A DNA stretch of 64,000 bases from NCBI GenBank assembly GCA_051362555.1, contig CM120647.1, forward strand, positions 14,732,651-14,796,650, written 5' to 3'. Below are positions 26,618 to 37,147 of this stretch, piece by piece. The DNA is from Lingula anatina (taxonomy: Eukaryota; Animalia; Brachiopoda). The stretch's first letter is position 1, and each line of letters opens with the position of its first letter. Under the pieces are notes generated by a model. The model saw only the letters and a list, made by a program, of their open reading frames with translations. It had not been told where the DNA came from and did no database searches. The position numbers and the translations under genes are program-made.

Positions 26618-29600
26618 GAGATAGAAAGAGAGAATTAAAGGGCCAGACAATAATGTCGGCATGATCTCCTATAGCCAAAAATATGAGCATGACGATAATT
26701 ATGTGTTGGATCTCAGTCAAAGTGACAGACATTTCATCAGAAAGTATTGAGAAAATGTGATTGCAAGAGCTGTACATTAGACAGCAAGGAGACAGAACAA
26801 TATTCCATGTGCATATTACCTCCAATAACAACAGCAAAATATAATAATAAATCATTCAAAATGATGATAGTGGATGAAATAGATTGTGACGTCTTTTTTC
26901 TGCAGTTCCATTACAGAACATTAAACGCTTCTCAATCATCATTATTGGGTTTTCCCAAAGACGTGATACTTAAGAATTGATCCTTGGTGATAAAAAGAGG
27001 CAGATAAAATAATGACCATACCTTATATTTCATCTCAAAAGGCAAAAAAACAATAACCTGTCTTTGTGTTGGAGATTGCATAGGGCAAAACGCTTTCAAT
27101 CAACCTAAGAGCATTTTGCCAAAGACCTTATTCTTAACGGCACTTAACTGTCTAAGGACGTGACATTTAGAAGGTGCAATGACAGCGTGAAGGATGATAA
27201 AATTAGTGAAATATAAATATTGGACTGGAAAAGTTAATTTAGCAGTCAACGACCTGGTACATCGGATCAAGCTTTAAGAGTTCTAGCATCACTGCAATTT
27301 ATTGCCACGTTGCGCCCAGCAGGCCTTTGTGTTCTGATACGTGTTTTTTTGCCACTCATTTGAAATTGATCAACAGAATCGTACCAAATCACGCCATCTG
27401 TTATTGCAAAGGATGATAGCGTTGACAAGAACTCGTGAAATATTGAGACATTCTGTTGCCTTGCAGTTGTTTTTGATTGCAAAATTGCGTTTTCAGAAAA
27501 TTGCAGGTGGAGAGGACTGATTGAATTGGACGCAGGCTCTAATATACGCGTTCTAATGTAATTTTCCCTTTGGCCGTTTTGTCAAACTATCCTCTGTCCT
27601 GTTCCGCGAAATCAATGAAGCGATCGAGATTGTTAAAATTCCACGCTATTTTTTATTTGTACGGCAATGAAAACACTATTGGAGAGCGGGTCCGCGGGCG
27701 GAGGTAGAGTATGGGGTTAGGATCAACAAAATTCTCTTTTGAGCCCGAATAGGTCCACTTTTAATCACAATTTGATCTAGACTCTGTGCCATTTTTCAAA
27801 ATAGGTCAAATAAGGAGTTTAAAATACCCATTTTTTTTCAGAAATACGACCCCCCCTCCCATTGAAATAACCGGCTACAATATATTGATTTAAAAAGACA
27901 CTTGATCTATCACGTTATGGATAGATTACGATACCCTTTTTGCGTTCGGTCTAACCGGTACACGACAATCCACTCCATCAATATTACAAAATGCTACGCA
28001 ACTAATGAAATTTCACTGATCATGCTGCTGCTAAAGCAGAATCCACATAGGCAAAATATACACTGTACCACATGTTACAATGTTCAGGAGAGGCGGTTAA
28101 AGCGAACGCAACTACGGGCTTTCGGGACAGATACGATCAAAGGTCATGTTAATAGATTGATTTTCGTCTATGATCCCCTTTGCATCATTAATGGAAAAGC
28201 CGTCCTAAACAGCGGTAGTTACAGATGTCTATTACTCATCACTTAAGAGTAAAGAAAGATAATTACTGAAGGCACTATGTAAGTAAGAAACAAGAATTAT
28301 TTTTTAATGAGAGTTATTTACTGATGATGTAGAACGCGCATCCCCTCAAATCTGCTGTTAAACAATGATTTCCACAGAGGCAAAATTATCCAAAAGAGTG
28401 AAAAGACATCGCCGAATATCACACAATTTATACACAATAAACAGCAGAATGCAGTCTTTAAAAAATTACGAGCTTGATTCTCTTTTGCACTCTAAATTAC
28501 CCCTCAGATGCTCAATAAGTTTAGAATCAGGGCTCAGATATGATTGCTCCATCTTTAAAACGCTGCCTCCCTGCAGACAATAAAAGAGAGCAACTGTGGG
28601 TCACAGGGAAATCTGTATTTGGCAGGCTTCCCGCTGCTATTGGACTGGTATTTCAACAATAGTTAGACGTTTTCATTTAATGTTCTTTAACACTATTCAC
28701 ATCTATACATTTTACATACATTTACAATAATTCAGTTTCCGAGGTTTCCCTATTCAGATTTTACTTACCAACTCCTGAATTCCTATTGTGATATTACTCA
28801 TATGTAAGTTATAATTTGTACAAAGTGACGTAAAACAAAGGAAGCGTGCTTTTCAGATATTTTAAGCTATTGTCGCGACTGTGGATATGATGGCAGTTAC
28901 CTAATATGGAGCCCATAACACTGCCAGACACCATCAACTTGATTTGCCTCTTAACACAAGGAATCTTAACGTACACAAAGGATGTTATCATCCAATGGTT
29001 TCCGTACTTTACAAAGGGCTTTGCATCTGTTGAATTTGCATGAAGTCTAAAGGGGAGTAGAACGTTTGAACGCACACATCAAAGTAGTCTGAAGAATTCT
29101 TGATCTTGGACACTTATGAACTAACTACCGGCTCACGTAAATGACCAGCGTTCATGCACAGTTCAGTGGGCGCTTTATAGAGGAGAGGAATAAAGTACCA
29201 TGGACCATTCAAACGTTATACAGAAATTGCATGTAATACATCATAACCAAAGGCTATTAACAACTAAAAAGCGCAGTGTCAGATGTCTTATCTAAAATTG
29301 TCCTTAAAATCACTGAAACGCATCTTTTCCACGTGGCACTTTACGAGTACGGTTTGTTTCCACTTCAACTTCTTTCAACAATCAACGTCCCGTAACCATG
29401 TCCGAGCCTAACGGCGATTTCTAATGAAATAAAAAGATTAAGTCCAGAGTAATTTATAAAAAAATCTTTTTTATGGCATCAACAGACATTGACAATGGTA
29501 CATTCAATGGACCAGGTTGATAAAAGAGCTACACAGTTCAATTGGACTTTAATCGAGTCTTAACGACCATCCGGCACGGGCTTTAATTTCCAAGGACACT

Positions 29601-32229
29601 AATGGTCAAATGAAAGCCATCAATCATTGATGAACAACTAGCACATGCACTGCATGAGTCCAGGTGTAACGAAACTGAGGTCCGTGTAACAGAAACTCCG
29701 TCCTCCATTCTTGAATGGTTAGGGTTAGCCTGACATAATCGGGTCAAAAACTGGGGCGAAACTAAGCAGTAAAAATGAATGGGAAAATGAAGTGTCGGTT
29801 AGAATAAATAAATAAATAAATAAATAAATAAGTTAAATATAAAAAAAAAGCATTTTCCATTTTTCATGACGAAAACTTAAGGGCGAAGAGGTAAAACTCA
29901 AACAATTTCATCCAAGACACTGCTTTCCCATTACCCTAACTATAATGTCATCAGCCAGGGCTTGAGGTGGACCCACAAACTTAAGGTTGCCAGCAAAGTG
30001 CGGCCATCTTGCCAGATTATCAAAGTAATAAATCATTTTGTGTGAAGTAAACGGTGATGGATCAACGTATTTCCAACTTGACAACTCTTTAATTTCGGGC
30101 TGCTAAGCACGGGTTTACGTGCACACGAAAAGCGATTGCTATGCGTGCAAGTAAACTAATAAAATAAGGTTATTATCCGCCACCAAATTCAATTTAAAGA
30201 TCATGGAGTGATAGAGCTCATTCCCATTGAAACTGTCGGTGTACTTAGATCGATCCAAGTCCGTGGGAACTCATGTTGACTGCAATTAGATCAGCAGATT
30301 GACACGTCTCCTTCTGTTGTTGAGTAGAATACAGACAAACAGGTGATTATACGAGGACGTCGGAAACAAGAGGAGGCATGTTTATCTGTTAAACTGCTTG
30401 CATTCAGCGATAGTTCGCGCGGAGGTGGATTGATCTTACGTAGACCTAACGTTACATTGGGAATTAGCCCATAAAATAATAACTGTACTCTGACAGATTG
30501 TCCTTGATTTAGGGCATATGATGGGAATGGGCCATATTTCAATTTTTAAAAGGACTCAAGGTGATTGGCTTCCAGCATTTAATATCTCTGTTTTATTCTG
30601 GAAAACTCTCACGTGATTTCTCGTGATTTCATTTTTTAAATGGTTCAATCCACCATAAAGAAAAATAAAAAAAGCATTTCGGTCACATCATTGGCGTAGA
30701 CATTTTGTGTAAATTTTGCATTTATAAAACTTCAAATATACTGGTATACTTTCCATATTGAAGGGCAGCATAGTTTAAAACGGCTTACACGGTATATAAT
30801 GGGGCAAGTGAAAATTATGCAAATATTACACAAAATGTGCGCGTCACTTACATGACACACACGTTCACTTTTTGTGGAGCGATCCTGACAGACAACTTTC
30901 CGAGTTCAACAATGGTTAACCGCCCAACTGTCACATTTGCTATCAGCGCATATACAACAATGGACTCTTATAACATTCAACATATAACATATGCATATGT
31001 ACCACCGTGGCAATGTTATATTTGTCCTGTCCGATCTAAATAAGAGTCATCTGTACCAAAGTGGTATCATACGCGTTCACGATTTATCAAGGGGTATTCC
31101 ATAGCAATTATAAACTAAAATCACAAAATAGTGTAGGCAAGTCATCTGTATTTTAAATTACAGATATAAAGTTTTCGAAGATAAAAAAGACAGTCCATTG
31201 ATCAATTTAAAAAAAAATGTGTACAGTTTTTTAAAGTAAATGAAAATGCTAATTTTTGTTATCGGCTGACGATCTTGCTATTTTTCAGAACGTTGGAATT
31301 CCTTCGGTAGTACAGGGGACAGTAACGAACTTTAGATATACACCGTAAATCCAGTAAAAAAATAAAAAATAAAAAAACTGATTATTTATTATCCGTCTCA
31401 AGTTGCGATTTAACGCATCCAGTCGCGTAACTCCAACCTTTAAAAGACGCCAATCGGTCGTGTTTAAACCTCTTTCTCTTTGGCGCTTCACTCCACAAAT
31501 ACGTGAACATTTTGGTCATTTTGGTCATACGTTTGAATACAATATTTGAATAACAGCGTTATACCACATTTTCTCTGGTACAATGTTGCACATGGAAGAG
31601 TGCGTTGCAGTGCAACTATCACATTTCTCAACACTTGCAATAATTGAAGATAAAATAACTAAACCCTTTTTTCATAGGTATGGCATTGAAACAGTTTTAA
31701 AGGTTACCTGTTAAAGGCCTGGGCCTGATAACAAACACTTAGTATGATCAAAAGAAAAATAATAATAACTACAGATTTACAATTCATTTGTGACCAGTAT
31801 TTTTAGATCGCGCGAATTCTTAGCGATAGTTTCATGTCCTACACATCTTGTATTGCAAGCAAGTTTTACAATATACATGTATGTCCACGCAGACGTAGAC
31901 CTAAGTTTCTTTTAAAATGGGTACCACCATCACAACTACATGTCTTACTGTAGGTACCAGTATAGCATACAAATAGCCTTACTGTACCGTATGTAGCTTG
32001 ATAATAACGCGATTACTACGGTTTATATCAACCTCGCTGTTGTGAGCAGTTGACTCGGTGGTGAGATTATGTAATGGTACGGTATTTATATTTACTCTAT
32101 ATACCAAACTGTATCACGTTCTTATTTATCTATTTATCTGTTTAATTGTAATTTTATAATCACGTACATGTAGCTTGAGAATACCATGTGCTAGTACAAA
32201 GTGGTTTATATCAATAAAGTTTTTCCTAT

Positions 32230-32564
32230 ATACGCTAGCAGAGATCTGACCGTATGCAGTGACATAACTGCCCCGCTCAGGGAACAATAATCCCTACAGG
32301 CCATGTTGACCTTCTTGACGACTCCAGTAAACACTGATATCGAGACCCATTTTCTGCCACGACGACTGCCCCGGTTTTTGACCCTCAGCTGAAGGGGGGC
32401 AGGCTCTTTTCTCCTTTCACGGACTTTGCGTCAAGGGGTTTAATATCCATTCTGTCTTTAATCCGTTAAAGATATTTCCCGCTTCCCTTGCACAAGCGTC
32501 GGCTGAAGCGTGTGGAGAGAAACCGCACAGTGATCGCAGCCTGATAGTTGAAGTGCCGGTAAGT
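32230..32564 (+). promoter_or_regulatory. Conserved promoter and putative non-coding first exon of ACS1, ending at donor GTAAGT 32559-32564
   Basis: Block conserved upstream of all three ACS copies and ending in a consensus 5' splice donor that pairs with the acceptor just before the ATG. Confidence 0.6.
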
Positions 32565-32848
32565 GTAGATCTACGTGAAGCTTACAATGTCACAAAGGCA
32601 TTATGCAAGTTTTATGTTGTTAACCTCCAATATTTCGACATATTTTTGTAGAGCTTCTCTTTCAAATTGCCCCATAACGGCATCCCAGTATTTAAGGTTA
32701 AGAACTTTGTCCCCATCAGCTGATGATATAAAAAACATTGTTTTATATTTTGGGTGCATAGAAAAGCTGGCAGAATTCTCGGCAAACATGTTTTATATAT
32801 ACAGGTACTTGATACATCAGAAACACAGCATCACAAATTGCAAGAGGC

Positions 32849-33280
32849 CAGGAGCAGATCCAGGGTTATTTGAAGGGGGGGGGGGGGGGAGAGGGGTCCG
32901 CGGATGCGGAGCCGACCCCCATCTCCGGTATGCTTGGGGTTCGGGGGCCACAAAAGGGCCCCTAAAATTTTGGGTGTTTTAGAGAGCGAACAGTGCCATA
33001 TTTATATAATCTTTATTGAGCACTAAAATGCATACACATTACATTTTACAGGCTCTCTACACTAGTCATAACAACTTAACAACAATTATACAAATCTATA
33101 CAAATACTTATGGAATGATTACTGGGAAGTAGCACAGAATAAAATATATTTGGAACGGTTTAGTATACCGGTAAATCAGCTTGTCAAAATTCTAATTCCA
33201 AGAGGGGAATATTAGTGTGATTTTTTTCAGAAACCGAAAAGGGGGTCAGGACCCCCCTGACCCCACTCTAAATCCGCCAC
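32849..33280. mobile_element. Second copy of the G-rich hAT-type MITE in the ACS1 5' intron, with a secondary AT-rich insertion (~33000-33150)
   Basis: Reverse-complement match to 23799-24042 (ggggtccgcggatgcggagccgacccc; ggggtcaggaccccc...ctctaaatc). Absent from the ACS2 homologous position. Confidence 0.7.
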
Positions 33281-33821
33281 ACCGTGTTACCCAACAGCAA
33301 CAAGCACCTACTCTTTGTGATCATGACCTACATTATTACATCTACACCTGTATAGTAACCCCATGTTTGTTTAATATTGCTTGATTACATAATACTTTTG
33401 ACCTCCAGCGTTCAACTGCTAATGAGGCTGTAGACTGGAACGTACAAGAATTGTCTGATTAAACATACAGCCAAAATCTGAATCAGAAATCGATCTATCT
33501 GCCTATCTCTCTCCAAAGTGACGGAAGAGGACTCTAAAATGATTACATCTCTTTTGTACAAGACAATTAATCGCTTCACATAAAAGTTTCTTTACCCTCC
33601 ACCAGGCCCGCAGATTAATTTAATTATGTGCACTTTCTCTAAAGCGACACACAGAAAAGAAATGTGACAGGAATTAACTATGGACATGATTGTGATCATC
33701 TAGTGAAAAATAAATCTCTATAAAGTATTTTTTAAATAAAAGTTTTTTTATTGCTTTGATATTTACCGTTGAGGCTTTTTGTTTTAGTTGAGCAGTTTAC
33801 TCTTTTTCAGCGAATCCCGAC

Positions 33822-35513
33822 ATGGCAAGCATGGAGAAAATAAATCAGGCCCATCTTAACAAGAGAAGCTACTACCACATTCCTCAAGTAACGTCAAACG
33901 CTTACGTCACCTTGCACGAGGCGTTCGACATCACAGCGCAGCTATATCCCACCAAAAATGCCGCCATTTTTTACCAGACCCGAAAACAGCGAGAGACTAT
34001 GACATTTTCTGAACTTGAGAAACAGTCCATCTCATTGGCCGAGTCACTCCGTCGCCGTGGTTACTCACGTGGCGACCGCGTGGCATTTAGCTCACCGAAC
34101 TGCATTGAGTTTTTCCCGCTCACTTTGGCTTTGTCTCGTCTAGGATGCAACATGTTCATGTTGAGCAATTTGAACAATCTTTGCGATGACGTGTTGGAAT
34201 ACAAATGCCGCGCTTTAATGTTGTACGTGGGAAATGATAAGGAGAGGGAAGTATACAGAGAAATCGCCTCCAGGGTACCTCAAGGAACCAACCCACTGAG
34301 CGACATCGTCGTTTTTGGACCTTACGGCGACGATGTTCTTGGGACTGGTGCTTCGCTGAACAATCTAATCAAGGGAGAAGGAAATGGCACCCCGATAGAT
34401 GGAGCAGCGGGTCAAGCCGACCCAGACGACCCCATGTGCGTCTTCTTCACGTCTGGTTCTACTGGGAAGCCAAAAGGCATTCAGTTAACCCACAATGCCT
34501 ACATCAACTGGGCCCGAATGGAGGAGGCGTCCTATGCAAGCGCCGACAGCGTCTTTTTTAACGACCGCCCGATGACCTGGATAGGTGGACATCAACTGAT
34601 TCTGGGAATGGCCCTCTATGGGACAACTGCTCTCACTGTCAACTCCAGTATGGTTGTGGCGGAGGGAGAGGTTGACTTCGTTTTAACCATTTTGAACAGA
34701 GAGAGTGTCACCCACACCGCTATGATGCACTACTTCATCGTGGACCTTTTAAACTACAGTGATGCCGTTTCGTTCTGTCAGGTACCCAGTCTGCGCTATA
34801 TCTTAACAGGCGGGCAGATGATGGACAGAGATCAGCTTAAAAAGCTCCTGGCCCTTTTCCCAAACATCAAACACATCACGATCGGGTATGGATCCACCGA
34901 TGCCGGACCCATCGCCCTGCAGGACGTGACGCACGACACCAACAGTGACAAAATGCAGGTGACATACGGCGTTGAAGTGAAAATCGTTGAGCCGGACACC
35001 AATCGCGATGTACCTCTTGGGTCCGCGGGAGAAATATGCGTCCGTAATCCCTTAATATACCACTGCCTTTACGTGGACAACCAGGCGGCTTCCCAGGCAG
35101 CGTTTGACGAGGCGGGCTGGTTCCATACCGGTGACATCGGCACCATGACAACCGACGGTCAACTCTCTGTCTCGGGCCGCAAGGACGATATGATTAAACG
35201 GGCAACTATCAAGGTCTTCCCAGCTGAAGTAGAGGCCGTCTTCGCTCAACACCCAGCCGTTAAAGACGTCATCGTGGTAGGCGTGCCGGATATCCGGTTA
35301 CGAGAGGAGCTCTGCGCATGCGTTATCATGGAGAGCAGCGGGGATGTAGCGGAATTGGAGAGGTGGTGCAAGGAAAAGTTTTCTGTGGGGCCGGATGGCT
35401 TGTCACTGGCGCCGAAGTATTATCTCCAGTTCGAAGAATTCCCTTTAACAGGCACAGGAAAGACGCAACGAAAGACTATTAGACAAAAAGCCATGGAAAA
35501 ACTGAAATTATGA
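33822..35513 (+). CDS. ACS1: AMP-dependent acyl-CoA synthetase/ligase (ANL superfamily, ACSF2-like), CDS in a single exon, 563 aa (560 aa from the ATG at 33831 shared with the paralogs)
   Basis: Uninterrupted ORF with the adenylation motifs FTSGSTGKPKG (P-loop), GYGSTD (YGxTE equivalent), GEICVR, GWFHTGDIG, GRKDDMIK, PAEVE and PLTGTGK (catalytic Lys). The C-terminal segments GVPDIRLREELCACV and EKLKL resemble ACSF2-type enzymes (from memory). Acceptor tctttttcag at 33801-33810 lies just upstream and AATAAA is at ~35583. Confidence 0.93.
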   Translation: MASMEKINQAHLNKRSYYHIPQVTSNAYVTLHEAFDITAQLYPTKNAAIFYQTRKQRETMTFSELEKQSISLAESLRRRGYSRGDRVAFSSPNCIEFFPLTLALSRLGCNMFMLSNLNNLCDDVLEYKCRALMLYVGNDKEREVYREIASRVPQGTNPLSDIVVFGPYGDDVLGTGASLNNLIKGEGNGTPIDGAAGQADPDDPMCVFFTSGSTGKPKGIQLTHNAYINWARMEEASYASADSVFFNDRPMTWIGGHQLILGMALYGTTALTVNSSMVVAEGEVDFVLTILNRESVTHTAMMHYFIVDLLNYSDAVSFCQVPSLRYILTGGQMMDRDQLKKLLALFPNIKHITIGYGSTDAGPIALQDVTHDTNSDKMQVTYGVEVKIVEPDTNRDVPLGSAGEICVRNPLIYHCLYVDNQAASQAAFDEAGWFHTGDIGTMTTDGQLSVSGRKDDMIKRATIKVFPAEVEAVFAQHPAVKDVIVVGVPDIRLREELCACVIMESSGDVAELERWCKEKFSVGPDGLSLAPKYYLQFEEFPLTGTGKTQRKTIRQKAMEKLKL

Positions 35514-35950
35514 AAAGTTACTCTGTTTGTAGAATGACTATTTGATGTAAAATCATCAAATAAGGGGGACGGCTAGTATTATAATAAAGCTGTATTTTTT
35601 GCTCGTGAATCAACTGCTGCAGTGGCCTGTTTGTACTTAAACGTCGTATGGAATACTTTTTGATTTCTCTGAAGCCCCAAACCCTTTATTCCTAAACGGT
35701 TGCATGCCTTGTTTTACACAAGCAAATGCAGGCGGACAGTGTACTTAAACAACCTGCTTAGAGCGGGCCTCAGCAACCACAACCATAACTTCACAACATC
35801 TTTCCTATTCAAAGCTAAACATTGAAATACTTTTCTCTTTTTTTTCTCTCAGGTAAAAATTGAACAGCTTTTTTGATTCGAAACTAAACATTTTAACATT
35901 TTATTAGGCCGAGTATTTTTCTCCACAAAAGGACAAACAAGTATTCTTAA

Positions 35951-36289
35951 AGGGATAACATCTGTTCATTTTTGACAAAAAAATGAATTTTCCTGGAGTA
36001 AAGGACAATTTTCCAATAATTCCCAATGGTTAATGAATCTATTCACGCATCCAAAGTTAGTCCCTGTTTTTTTAAAAAAAAGTTTGGTTTTTTTGTATTA
36101 TTCTCTTAAGAGATTATTGCAGAGTGTTACCATCTTTGGAGGTCACGTGATGTGGTGGCAAGCTCAAACTCCAGAATAAACGCGTTAACCGTCGTTTTGT
36201 TGGTAAAATAGGATTTATTATATTTCCATCAGTTGTTTGACACGTATTTATAGTGAAATATGGATATTTTACAAACAGTTGTTATCCCT
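35951..36289. mobile_element. TTAA-flanked MITE (Kolobok-like AGG termini)
   Basis: TTAA-agggataacatctgtt ... aacagttgttatccct-TTAA. A partial relative is at ~48145-48350. Confidence 0.78.
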
Positions 36290-36553
36290 TTAATGTAAAA
36301 GGAAAATATTTTTGGCCTTGCCAGTAAAAATTTAACATCATTTTTCCGCTTCAAAGTAAAGCTACTCATTTCCATTCCTATTCTTCTCTTCTTGCATTCA
36401 GCGAGATTCGCTGCGGAGATGGATCGATCTCCAAAGAACGATAGTTCCACTGGGAATGAGCCTATTTCTACGACAAACGCAAGAGTGACGCAAGCTCTAG
36501 CATGGGATTTATAATTTATAACTCCATTTTATCTTCGGTTGACTGTGATTTAG

Positions 36554-36784
36554 GTGGAGAGAGCCCAAATGAACTTCACTGAGGCTCAGAGGGAGTGGGC
36601 GGCAGGCTGTCACATGTTGAACCGTCAGGGGGAATCTTCAGAAGTTGCTGCCGCCACTGCCTTCCTCTGCAGCAGAGACGCTTCCTTTATCACCGGCGCT
36701 GATCTCCCGGTAGATGGCGGCTACATAGGCCCTGAAAGGCATGGAAAAGATCGGCCAGATTTCACTGGAATTATTCCTGACTAG
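36554..36784 (+). pseudogene. SDR-A1 remnant: orphan terminal exon 4 only
   Basis: Close match to SDR-A2 exon 4 (51382-51618), with its tttag acceptor and ~170 bp of upstream intron, but with a 6-nt deletion (GGY--IGPE versus GGYTVIGPE). No exons 1-3 are present between the ACS1 stop (35513) and this exon. Confidence 0.85.
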
Positions 36785-37147
36785 TTGATATATGGAAGAA
36801 ATTTAAAGAATGAATAAAAAAAATTAACTGATGATTATGTGTTGTTCCACTAGACTTCCCTGGTTGAACATAAAAATAGACACAATCTCCATCAAATAGA
36901 CACAATCTCCGTCAAACGCTTATCATTTATTTATTTATCTTCCATCATTATTAGGAGAAGAATGTCTCTTGTTGAACCGGAACAGAACCATATAAATCTC
37001 CCGTATGAAATAACGCTATGACATAGGGGCCTATATATGTACAAAAATAACGTAAATAAGTATTGGAGCTGGTATCTATATAGAGACCTGTGCATATTTG
37101 ACATACATAATAGTGCTGTATATACTGGTAGATACTGGAATTACAAA

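Noticed and set aside
37037-37147. N-terminal extension of SDR-B1 from the ATG at 37037
   Set aside because: Not open in SDR-B2. The ATG at 37148 (aaaATGG) aligns with the starts of SDR-B2 and SDR-A.
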